The notes under the pieces were generated by a model. That model did no database searches. It was not told where the DNA came from and worked only from the letters and a program-made list of their open reading frames with translations. DNA of 64,000 nucleotides from an uncultured Pirellulales bacterium (GTDB lineage Bacteria > Planctomycetota > Phycisphaerae > Sedimentisphaerales > Anaerobacaceae), in NCBI GenBank assembly GCA_964598225.1, contig CAZRBG010000013.1, positions 7,903 to 71,902 of the forward strand, written 5' to 3'. The position numbers were made by a program, and so were the translations under genes. Below, piece after piece: positions 10,249-18,827 of this stretch. How positions within the stretch are numbered: position 1 is the first letter of the stretch; the number at the start of each line of letters is the position of its first letter.

Positions 10249-11271
10249 ATGGCAAAGACCAAGAAGGCAGCAACAACGTCGAAGGCAACCGGCAAGGAAG
10301 ACGCCCTAAAGCGAGTAATCTCGCAGATCGAAAAGCAGTACGGCCAGGGTTCCATCATGCAGATGGATGAGCAGCAGTATACGAAGATTGCGGGCATTCC
10401 CACCGGCTCGCTGTCTCTGGATATAGCACTCGGCGGCAGAGGCATACCGCGAGGCAGAGTCACCGAACTGTACGGACCGGAATCATCGGGTAAAACGACA
10501 CTGGCACTCCATGTGATTGCCGGCGCTCAACGCGCCGGCGGAATAGCCGCGTTTATCGACGCCGAACATGCCTTGGACACCACCTGGGCCAAGAGGTTGG
10601 GCGTTGACGTCAGCGGCTTGCTCGTCAGCCAACCCGATACGGGCGAGCAGGCGCTCGACATCGTCGAAATGCTGGTCAGCTCCAATTCCGTCGACGTCAT
10701 AGTCGTGGACTCGGTTGCAGCATTGACGCCCAAAGCCGAGATCGAGGGCGAAATGGGCGACAGTCACATGGGACTGCACGCCAGATTGATGAGTCAGGCG
10801 ATGCGAAAGCTCACCAGCATTATCAACAAGAGCAAAACATCTCTTATCTTCATCAATCAAATCCGCATGAAGATCGGCGTGATGTTCGGAAATCCTGAAA
10901 CGACGACCGGCGGGCGGGCGCTGAAGTTCTACAGCTCGGTTCGGCTCGACCTGAGACGGATAACAACGATCAAAGATAACACCGGGGCGATAGGCTCGAG
11001 AGTCAGGGCGAGAGTGGTGAAGAATAAAATTGCCCCGCCTTTCCGCGATACCGAGTTCGACATCATGTTCGATAACGGGATCAGCTACGAGGGTGATCTG
11101 TTAGATCTGGCAACGGCTTGCGATGTTGTCGAAAGGAGCGGCGCCTGGATGAACTACGGCGACGTCCGGCTGGGCCAGGGCCGGGAAAACGCAAAGAAAT
11201 TCCTGATTGAGAACAAAGATCTGGCCGAAGAGATAAAAAACAAGGTCCTCGCCGCCAAGGGGCTGGTGTAA
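10249..11271 (+). CDS. recA: recombinase RecA
   Basis: 340 aa with Walker [22 protein letters not shown] and [23 protein letters not shown]. Confidence 0.98.
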   Translation: MAKTKKAATTSKATGKEDALKRVISQIEKQYGQGSIMQMDEQQYTKIAGIPTGSLSLDIALGGRGIPRGRVTELYGPESSGKTTLALHVIAGAQRAGGIAAFIDAEHALDTTWAKRLGVDVSGLLVSQPDTGEQALDIVEMLVSSNSVDVIVVDSVAALTPKAEIEGEMGDSHMGLHARLMSQAMRKLTSIINKSKTSLIFINQIRMKIGVMFGNPETTTGGRALKFYSSVRLDLRRITTIKDNTGAIGSRVRARVVKNKIAPPFRDTEFDIMFDNGISYEGDLLDLATACDVVERSGAWMNYGDVRLGQGRENAKKFLIENKDLAEEIKNKVLAAKGLV

Positions 11272-11328
11272 ACGGGCGGATGAGAATCTCAGGATGCATA
11301 GAATGCCAGAGAAGACATAACACAGCAA

Positions 11329-14049
11329 ATGAAGACTGCGAAACAAATAAGAAGCGAGTTCATCGACTTCTTCAAAGGCAAAGATCACGAGTTCGTACCC
11401 AGTTCGCCTATTGTGCCGCGAGACGACGATACGCTGCTCTTCGCCAACGCCGGGATGAACCAGTTCAAGGATATTTTCCTCGGTCTGGCGCCGGCGCAGT
11501 ACCGGCGAGTGGCTAACAGCCAGAAATGTCTCCGCGTAAGCGGCAAGCATAACGACCTGGAAGAGGTCGGCAAGGACACCTACCACCATACGTTCTTCGA
11601 GATGCTCGGCAATTGGTCGTTCGACGATTATTTCAAAGCGGAAGCCATCCAGTGGGCTTGGGAACTTATAACCGAAGTCTGGGGCATTGATCCGGATCGC
11701 CTGTGGGCGACGGTTTTCGCCGGCGACCAGGCCGACGGCCTGCCCCCGGACAAAGAGGCTGCCGAACTTTGGCCCAAAGTAACACCACTGCCGGCCGAAA
11801 GGGTCTTGGGCTGCGGCAAGAAAGACAACTTCTGGGAAATGGGCGACACCGGTCCCTGCGGACCGTGCAGCGAATTGCACATCGATCTCGGCCCGGACAG
11901 ATGCGACATGAAAAACGTTCCCGGCCACGAATGCCGGGTCAACGCAGGCTGCGCGAGATATATCGAGCTGTGGAACCTCGTTTTCATACAGTTCAACCGC
12001 CGGGCCGACGAGCTGGTGCCGCTCAAAGCCAGGTATGTCGATACCGGCGCCGGGCTGGAGCGAGTAGTCGCCGTGCTCCAGAACAAAGAGAGCAACTATG
12101 ACACCGATCTGTTCATGCCCATAATCCATTCGACAGCAGATTTGACAGGTCACAAGTACACCTCGCAGCTCGGCAATAAAACCGACAACGCATTCCGCGT
12201 TATAGCCGATCATATCCGCGCTTTGGTGTTCGCGATAACCGACGGCGCAGCGCCTTCCAACGAGGGCCGGGGATATGTGATCCGCCGAATCCTCCGCCGG
12301 GCCTCTCGGTTCGGCAGAGAATTGGGAATGCACGAGCCATTCATCTACAAGCTCGTGCCGGCAGTTGTCGATTGCCTCGGCGACGCCTTCGGCGAGATAA
12401 GGCAGCGCGCCGACTACGTCTCGACCGTCATCGAATCCGAAGAGGCAAGCTTCGGAAGAACTCTCGACCGGGGCCTTGAAATTTTCAATGCCGCCGCCAA
12501 ACGAGCCGAAAAATCCAGAGAAAGCATCATCAGCGGAGAGGACGCCTTTCAGCTTTACGACACGTACGGCTTCCCATTTGATTTGACCGAGTTGATGGCT
12601 CAGGAGCGTAATCTCAAAGTCGATAAGACCAGCTTCGAAGAATTAATGGAGGAGCAAAGAGAGCGAGCCAGAGCGGCCGCGGCCAAAGATTCGCTGTCGA
12701 TCATGGACAAGGTGAGCGGCCAGGTCCTGCCCGAAACCCAAGACGTGCACAAATATCAAGCGGATCAGTGCGAAGCCAAACTGATCGGCGTAATCGACGA
12801 CGACGGCTTCAGAAGCGATGGTCGAGTTGAACCGGGAGCCGAGGTCGGGATCGTGCTCGATAAGACCTGCTTCTACGCCGAGGCGGGCGGCCAGGTCGGC
12901 GATTGCGGCGTGATCCGGACAGACTCGGCCCGATTCGTAGTGGAGAACACAGCTAAAGTGGCTAACTGCATAATTCACCAGGGCAAATTCATCGAGGGCG
13001 GTTTTGACGTCGGTGACGCAGTAGAAGCAATCGTCAGCAAAGACAGAAACGCCACGAAGAAGAATCACACCGCTACGCATCTGCTCCAATGGGCGCTGCA
13101 ACGGGTGCTCGGTGATTCGGTCGCCCAGCAGGGCAGCTATGTCGGGCCTGATTATTTGAGATTCGACTTCACTTATCACAAAGCGCCGGAGGCCAGGCAG
13201 TTAAAGAAGGTCGAGCGGCTGGTCAGAGAAAAGATCGCGGAGGACCTGCCGGTAACCTGGGCCGTGATGCCGACAGAGGAGGCGAAAAAGCTCGGCGCAA
13301 TGGCGCTATTCGGCGAGAAGTACGGCGACGAGGTTCGCGTGGTAGCCGTCGGCGCCGAAGATAAGGACCACATCGATCAAGCCATCAGCCGGGAGTTCTG
13401 CGGCGGCACGCACGTCGAAAGGCTCGGCGCGATCGGCGGCTTCAAGATCGTCAAGGAGGAGAGCATATCCGCCGGCGTGCGACGGATTACGGCATTGACC
13501 GGTTTGCCGCTGATGGATTATCTCGAAAATGCCAGAGACGTTGTCGATGAATTGTCGACGATGCTCAAGGTCCCCGACGAAGCAGTGGTCGAGAGAGTGG
13601 GCAAACTGATCGAGGATAATAAGAAGCTGTCCAAAGAGCTAAAGACGGCCGGACGCAAGTCCGGCTCGGATGCGATGGCCGAGGCGAGAAAGCTCCTGGA
13701 CAAATGCGAAAGAAGCGGCGAGACGTCGATAATCACGCACCAGTTCTCGGCGGTCTCGGTCGAGGAGGCCAGAGAAGCCATTGACATGCTCAAGAAAAAG
13801 GCCAAATCAGCCGCGGTGGTTTTCGGCTTCGAGGATAACGGCAAGGCAACACTCCTGGCCGGAGTTACCGACGATCTGATCAAAAAAGGCCTGAAAGCCG
13901 GCGACATCGTCAAGGAGATCGCCCCGATAGTCGACGGCGGGGGCGGCGGCAGGCCCCAAATGGCCCAGGCCGGCGGAAAAAATCCGGCAAAAATAGGCGA
14001 GGCATTAGCCAAAGCCGCCGACCTGATAAAGACAAAGCTGGGTGCCTGA
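11329..14049 (+). CDS. alaS: alanine--tRNA ligase
   Basis: 906 aa with an AlaRS N-terminus (IRSEFIDFFKGKDHEFVPSSPIVP), the editing-domain motif HTATHLL and a C-terminal GGGGGRPQMAQAGG. Confidence 0.98.
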   Translation: MKTAKQIRSEFIDFFKGKDHEFVPSSPIVPRDDDTLLFANAGMNQFKDIFLGLAPAQYRRVANSQKCLRVSGKHNDLEEVGKDTYHHTFFEMLGNWSFDDYFKAEAIQWAWELITEVWGIDPDRLWATVFAGDQADGLPPDKEAAELWPKVTPLPAERVLGCGKKDNFWEMGDTGPCGPCSELHIDLGPDRCDMKNVPGHECRVNAGCARYIELWNLVFIQFNRRADELVPLKARYVDTGAGLERVVAVLQNKESNYDTDLFMPIIHSTADLTGHKYTSQLGNKTDNAFRVIADHIRALVFAITDGAAPSNEGRGYVIRRILRRASRFGRELGMHEPFIYKLVPAVVDCLGDAFGEIRQRADYVSTVIESEEASFGRTLDRGLEIFNAAAKRAEKSRESIISGEDAFQLYDTYGFPFDLTELMAQERNLKVDKTSFEELMEEQRERARAAAAKDSLSIMDKVSGQVLPETQDVHKYQADQCEAKLIGVIDDDGFRSDGRVEPGAEVGIVLDKTCFYAEAGGQVGDCGVIRTDSARFVVENTAKVANCIIHQGKFIEGGFDVGDAVEAIVSKDRNATKKNHTATHLLQWALQRVLGDSVAQQGSYVGPDYLRFDFTYHKAPEARQLKKVERLVREKIAEDLPVTWAVMPTEEAKKLGAMALFGEKYGDEVRVVAVGAEDKDHIDQAISREFCGGTHVERLGAIGGFKIVKEESISAGVRRITALTGLPLMDYLENARDVVDELSTMLKVPDEAVVERVGKLIEDNKKLSKELKTAGRKSGSDAMAEARKLLDKCERSGETSIITHQFSAVSVEEAREAIDMLKKKAKSAAVVFGFEDNGKATLLAGVTDDLIKKGLKAGDIVKEIAPIVDGGGGGRPQMAQAGGKNPAKIGEALAKAADLIKTKLGA

Positions 14050-14182
14050 CTGGCCCGCCGGAGCGGCGACGCCCGAAAAAAACGTGCTCGGAGAGGATCT
14101 TTTCTGAAGAAAAGTTCGCTTTCGGACGTCTTGTCCCACAGAACGTGTCCGGGGAATCGAAAACGACAGGGCGGCAGACGTC

Positions 14183-15268
14183 ATGATTAAGTTTAGCTGC
14201 AAAAACTGCGGCCACAAGCTCGGCGTCAAAGACGAAATGGCAGGCAAAAAGGGCAAGTGCCCCGGTTGCGGCGGCATTATCACGGTGCCGGAAAAATCCC
14301 TTCTTGTGAGCTTCCGATGCGAAAACTGCGGCAGGAATATCAGCGCCCTGCCCACCCAATCCGGCAAGAAAGGCAAATGCCCCAACTGTAATCAAACGCT
14401 TGTTGTCCCCCAATTGCACGGCCTAACCCTCCTCGATGCCCCGGCCGAATACAAGCTTCAAGACCAGCAGCCAAGCCCGCCCGCATCGACTCAACAAGAA
14501 TTTGAGAACGACGAAAACGAGCGGGAATTCAAAGAAGAAACGGAATCCGACGAGCAGCGAAAGCTGCCATGGTTCATCGACATATTACTGTATCCGACCA
14601 GCGCGCCGGGATTGACGCATCTGGCAATCTTCATCGGCGTTCCATTCTTGATTTACCTCGTACGACAGATGCTGGGACCGTTTGCTCTAACGCTGTGGCT
14701 TCCCAGTCTCATCGTTAACGTCCTGATCGGCCTCTATATGTGCTGGTATTTCGCAGAATGCGTTCGCGACAGCGCCAATGGCGGAATTCGTGCTCCGGAA
14801 TCTTTTGCGAGCGCCGACATAGGCAGCATGTTCGGGCAGTGGCTGTATGTAGCCGCCTGCTATGCTCTTTTCGTAGCGCCGGCAACTTTCTACAGCATCT
14901 TTGCCGGTGGAATAGACGCTGTTTTCTGGATTCTTGTAGCTTATGGCGTTTTTTTCTTCCCGATGGGATTGCTGGCGGCGGTAATGTTCGATTCCAGTTC
15001 TGCTTTCAATCCTATTCTATGGATCGGTTCTATATTCAGCACTTTCTTTCAGTACTGCGGCTTGGTATTTCTAATTGCCGGGCTCTTTTTGGCTTTCCGC
15101 GCCATGATAGGCATTGTAGAATCGTACGCGCCCGAACAGAATACGATTGGCACAGGAATTCTTGGCGCAGCGCTCTTGTGCCCGATGCTCTACCTCGTTT
15201 TTGTTGTGGCCCACTTGCTCGGACGCTTCTACTGGAAGTATCAGGATAGCCTAAATTGGGAAGTCTGA
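14183..15268 (+). CDS. membrane protein with N-terminal double zinc ribbon
   Basis: Two CxxC..GKKGKCPxC units, an acidic linker, then a multi-pass hydrophobic domain starting KLPWFIDILLYPTSAPG. Confidence 0.7.
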   Translation: MIKFSCKNCGHKLGVKDEMAGKKGKCPGCGGIITVPEKSLLVSFRCENCGRNISALPTQSGKKGKCPNCNQTLVVPQLHGLTLLDAPAEYKLQDQQPSPPASTQQEFENDENEREFKEETESDEQRKLPWFIDILLYPTSAPGLTHLAIFIGVPFLIYLVRQMLGPFALTLWLPSLIVNVLIGLYMCWYFAECVRDSANGGIRAPESFASADIGSMFGQWLYVAACYALFVAPATFYSIFAGGIDAVFWILVAYGVFFFPMGLLAAVMFDSSSAFNPILWIGSIFSTFFQYCGLVFLIAGLFLAFRAMIGIVESYAPEQNTIGTGILGAALLCPMLYLVFVVAHLLGRFYWKYQDSLNWEV

Positions 15269-15279
15269 GGATCGTTTTC

Positions 15280-16026
15280 ATGAAGATACTTGAACAAGAG
15301 CCGCCGTTGGCCGACGAGTGTAAACTGCCGTGGCTTGTTGATGCTTTCCTTTATCCAATCAGCGCTTCCGGCATGGTGAACCTCGCTGTCTTTGTACTCT
15401 TGCCGCGAGTCATCGCATTTCTCGTCGGAGTGCTGGCGGCGTTCCTTAGCCCCTTCCTCCAATTCGGCACCCGTTACATCATCCTGTTTCTGACGATCCC
15501 CTTCTACATCGTTTTCATCTGCTACGTTTGCTACTATATTGCCCATTGCGTGATTGATAGCGCTAAAGGCAACAGGCGAGCGTCGGACCTTCCAATTGCC
15601 GACACATTCGACGTTAGTGACCTAATCTCGCAAACTATTGTTCTGCTGGGCTGCGTCGCCATTTGTTTTTGGCCTGTAGCTGTGTATTACGTACTGACAC
15701 AACGGACCGACGCATGGTTCTGGCTGCTCTCGGCCGGAGGGACTTTTTTCCTGCCCATGTCATTTCTTGCCGGGGTCATGTTCAACTCATTCGATGCACT
15801 GAATCCGATGCGAGTCGTCCGGTCGATAGGTCGTGCGTTTCTGTCCTATTGTGGATTGGTCCTGTTCTTCTACGCTGTCGGTGGGTTGATCGCCGTGGCC
15901 TTACCGAGGCTTGCGATGTGGGCATTTGCCCGTCAAAGCATCCAAATCTATATGGCCTTCGTTCTGGCGCATCGTTTAGGGTGGTTTTACTGGTGGCAAA
16001 AGGACAAGCTCGGATGGGGCCTGTGA
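15280..16026 (+). CDS. membrane protein, paralog of 14183..15268 without zinc ribbons
   Basis: Shares KLPWLVDAFLYPISASG and collinear TM segments with the upstream gene. ATG 15280 is preceded by GAGG; the TTG at 15256 overlaps the upstream stop. Confidence 0.65.
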   Translation: MKILEQEPPLADECKLPWLVDAFLYPISASGMVNLAVFVLLPRVIAFLVGVLAAFLSPFLQFGTRYIILFLTIPFYIVFICYVCYYIAHCVIDSAKGNRRASDLPIADTFDVSDLISQTIVLLGCVAICFWPVAVYYVLTQRTDAWFWLLSAGGTFFLPMSFLAGVMFNSFDALNPMRVVRSIGRAFLSYCGLVLFFYAVGGLIAVALPRLAMWAFARQSIQIYMAFVLAHRLGWFYWWQKDKLGWGL

Positions 16027-16041
16027 GTCCTTAGCTTAGCG

Positions 16042-17388
16042 TCAATCCTGCTGTCTGATTCTTACGCTTTTCGCATGTGCATGGAGGCCTTCGATCTGCG
16101 CCAGCCGAACGATGTCCTCGGCGCTTGCGGTCAGCATTTCCGGGTCGTATTCGACGATACTTATGGATTTGAGGAAATCGTTACTGGTCAGCGCGCTTGC
16201 GAACTTCGCCCGCGTTCCGGTGGGCAGGGTGTGGCTCGGTCCGGCCCAATAGTCGCCGACCGCCACGGGTGTGTACGAACCGACGAAGATCGCCCCGGCG
16301 TTGCTTATTCTTTCTGCAATTTCCCGGCTCTCCGGCCCACATTGGACCTCCAGGTGCTCGGGAGCAAGCTCATCCGCCATTTCAATCGCTGAGTCAATAT
16401 TCTCGACGACCATGATAGCGCTGTAATCTTTCAACGATTGCAGCGCATCTTTGGCTCTTTGAAGTTCAGCCACCTGTTTTTGCAACTCGGCAAGAGTTTC
16501 TTCTGCAAGCTGTTTCGAATCGGTTACGACAATCGCGCTGCTGTCGGCGGCGTGCTCGGCCTGGCTCAGCATGTCTGCGGCGATCCAAGCCGGATTGGCC
16601 TGCTCGTTTGCGACAATGAAGACCTCGCTCGGCCCGGCAATCGAGTCGATATCGCAGTAGTCGCCCGATACGTTCTTCTTGGCCGACTGGACCCATTTGT
16701 TGCCGGGGCCGACGATTTTGTCCACCTTATCGATAGTTTCAGTTCCGAACGCCATCGCGGCAACCGCCTGCGCGCCGCCGAGCCGGTAGACCTCGTCGAT
16801 TCCCAGCTCGCAGCATACCGCCAGGATCACAGGATGGATGCTTCCTTCGTGCCGAGGCGGAGAGACTACGGCGATTTCTTTCACGCCCGCAACCAAAGCC
16901 GGAACAGCCGTCATAATAACCGTCGAGGGCAGAGGCGCCGAAGCCCCCGGCACGCATACGCCGACCCTTCTTATCGGCGTGTATCTTATGCCGCGAGGCA
17001 CATCGCCCTTAGTGACCAGAATATCCTGCTGGTACGCTCTGACGTTTTCTATCGCCTGGCACAGCGAAGCCAGAACGTCCCGATCAATATCGGAAAGAGC
17101 GTTCTCCAACTCTTCTTTGGTTACTCGAAATTGATCGGGCTTTAATGTGATTCCGTCGAATTCTTTAGTGTATTTGGCCACAGCTTTGTCGCCGTGTTCG
17201 GCAACGTCACGAAGAATATCAACTACCTGTTGATTCTCCTGGCTGCCGTAGTCGGCAAAGCGGGCAGCGGCCGCTATCCTCGAACGGAAATTTCCAAGCT
17301 TTTTGTCAAAATCAGAGTCGGAGTGGGAAATGAGGATTTTGTCGAGTTCGTTGGGCATGTGCTGATCCTTATCTACCGAAGTTGCCAT
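16042..17388 (-). CDS. hisD: histidinol dehydrogenase
   Basis: 448 aa with HisD-type segments GPGNKWV, SQAEHAADS and PSHTLPTGTRAKF. Confidence 0.95.
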   Translation of the reverse strand: MATSVDKDQHMPNELDKILISHSDSDFDKKLGNFRSRIAAAARFADYGSQENQQVVDILRDVAEHGDKAVAKYTKEFDGITLKPDQFRVTKEELENALSDIDRDVLASLCQAIENVRAYQQDILVTKGDVPRGIRYTPIRRVGVCVPGASAPLPSTVIMTAVPALVAGVKEIAVVSPPRHEGSIHPVILAVCCELGIDEVYRLGGAQAVAAMAFGTETIDKVDKIVGPGNKWVQSAKKNVSGDYCDIDSIAGPSEVFIVANEQANPAWIAADMLSQAEHAADSSAIVVTDSKQLAEETLAELQKQVAELQRAKDALQSLKDYSAIMVVENIDSAIEMADELAPEHLEVQCGPESREIAERISNAGAIFVGSYTPVAVGDYWAGPSHTLPTGTRAKFASALTSNDFLKSISIVEYDPEMLTASAEDIVRLAQIEGLHAHAKSVRIRQQD

Positions 17389-18307
17389 GGTTGTAAGTCG
17401 GCGTTGCTTTGTGCAGTAGTAGATAATCAGTGTCTTGATAATCGGTGAGAATACCGCCTACTTTAAATCTAATCGGCTCGAAATCGGCGGATATCTTCCG
17501 TTCGGCCAGTTCCAGCGCCTCGCAGGGCAATAGACGTAAAGATCTCCGCCGGACGTTTAGCCCGAGAGAATCAAGCTCGAAGACAAAACCGCCATCGTCA
17601 CGAGCGACGATAAAGCCGGTCCTGTTTACAAAGACAGAATCTGAAGCGCCCCTATAACGCTGCCCTTCCGGTTGGTCTCGACTTTCGTCCGGCTGGTTCG
17701 GTTCAACAGCCGCCACGTCATTTTCGTCTTCGATCGGTCGCTCCCTCGCGGCCATAGCTTCTCTCGTGTCCCGGAGCTTGTCTAATATATCGCTCGGGAT
17801 GTCCAGAACATCGTTCGGATCACGAGTTATAGTTGGCGGATCGGTTTTCTGTTCGGGCGGAGTTTCCATTGCCCCTGCACCTGCCTGCGGTCGAATTTCC
17901 TCGGTTTTCTTCGGCTCTGGCTCCGAGATTTGCCGCACCGGTAGAAAAAAACTCGGGAAAATGAAATTCTCACCCTTATATCTTGTAACTCTGCCATTCC
18001 AGAGTCGGAAAGTCATCTCCGAACGCCTCCGCCCGTTAGCAATCATTTTCTCCAGAGTCGAAGACGGCAGAATTCGCACTTTCGTACCTGCTTCGAGAAC
18101 GTCCCTGAAGTCGTTCACGTCCGCGGAAAGCTCGAAGAACCACGCATCGTTGCCGTCCGGGCTGCTCAGCCGGCCGTCAACACCTCTGAGGACAAAACCT
18201 TCTCGCAGCAGCGGGGGCTCCGGGATCAGAGTCGTGTCGAAACCCGAAACTCCTCGGGCAACACCAACGAGCAAAGCCAAAACCAATAATACCGGTATCT
18301 TTTTCAT
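17369..18307 (-). CDS. secreted hypothetical protein with an internally duplicated domain
   Basis: Start set at MKKIPVLLVLALLVGVARG (signal peptide). The N- and C-terminal halves resemble each other and are separated by an acidic Pro/Glu linker. The 3' end overlaps the hisD start by 20 nt. Confidence 0.55.
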   Translation of the reverse strand: MKKIPVLLVLALLVGVARGVSGFDTTLIPEPPLLREGFVLRGVDGRLSSPDGNDAWFFELSADVNDFRDVLEAGTKVRILPSSTLEKMIANGRRRSEMTFRLWNGRVTRYKGENFIFPSFFLPVRQISEPEPKKTEEIRPQAGAGAMETPPEQKTDPPTITRDPNDVLDIPSDILDKLRDTREAMAARERPIEDENDVAAVEPNQPDESRDQPEGQRYRGASDSVFVNRTGFIVARDDGGFVFELDSLGLNVRRRSLRLLPCEALELAERKISADFEPIRFKVGGILTDYQDTDYLLLHKATPTYNHGNFGR

Positions 18308-18308
18308 G

Positions 18309-18827
18309 TCAAAAATCGGTAACCAATTCGACGGCCTGTTCCGGATCTTTCGCCAACTCCACGTATCTTCTACTGTCGGGATCGTCCGTAGCGATAAGCT
18401 CAATGAGCGGCTTCCAGAACTCGCCCACGAGTATAATCGGTTTGTCCGAATTGAGAAAGCCCTTGTTTCTCAACTCCCACACTTTCGCCAGCTCGAGCAG
18501 CGTGCCTGTACCCCCCGGCAGAACCATGTAAGCGCGGCCCAGTTCGAGGAGTTTATCGAGCCGCTCGCCGAGCGAACCGGTGACGATCTCACATGTAACA
18601 TATTCGTTAGCTTTGGACTTGAAAGCCGAGCAGGTAACACCTATGACCTGCCCGCCCGCCCGCTTTGCGCCCCGGGCTGAAGCCGTCATCGTCCCGCCGT
18701 ATCCGCCGTTGGCTATGGTAAATCCCGCCTGCGCCAGCAGTTGCCCTGTTTCCAGTGCCAATTCGTAAATCGCATCGCCTGCCTTAGCCCGGCTCGTTCC
18801 GAAGATGGATACTACTTTATCAGCCAT
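18309..18827 (-). CDS. LOG / TIGR00730-family Rossmann-fold protein
   Basis: Motifs GGYGGTM and PGGTGTLLEL; 172 aa. Confidence 0.85.
   Translation of the reverse strand: MADKVVSIFGTSRAKAGDAIYELALETGQLLAQAGFTIANGGYGGTMTASARGAKRAGGQVIGVTCSAFKSKANEYVTCEIVTGSLGERLDKLLELGRAYMVLPGGTGTLLELAKVWELRNKGFLNSDKPIILVGEFWKPLIELIATDDPDSRRYVELAKDPEQAVELVTDF

Noticed and set aside
11101-12333. 410-aa minus-strand ORF inside alaS. There are similar long antisense ORFs at 3600..4232, 12643..13179, 16438..17145, 17766..18680, 19330..20058, 24555..25163, 32205..33362, 35753..36295, 43050..43634, 44718..45347, 50324..51427, 54034..54954 and 55639..56304.
   Set aside because: Each lies wholly inside a confidently assigned gene on the other strand. 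Each has Arg/Ser/Ala/Gly-rich low-complexity composition, typical of antisense frames in moderately GC-rich DNA.
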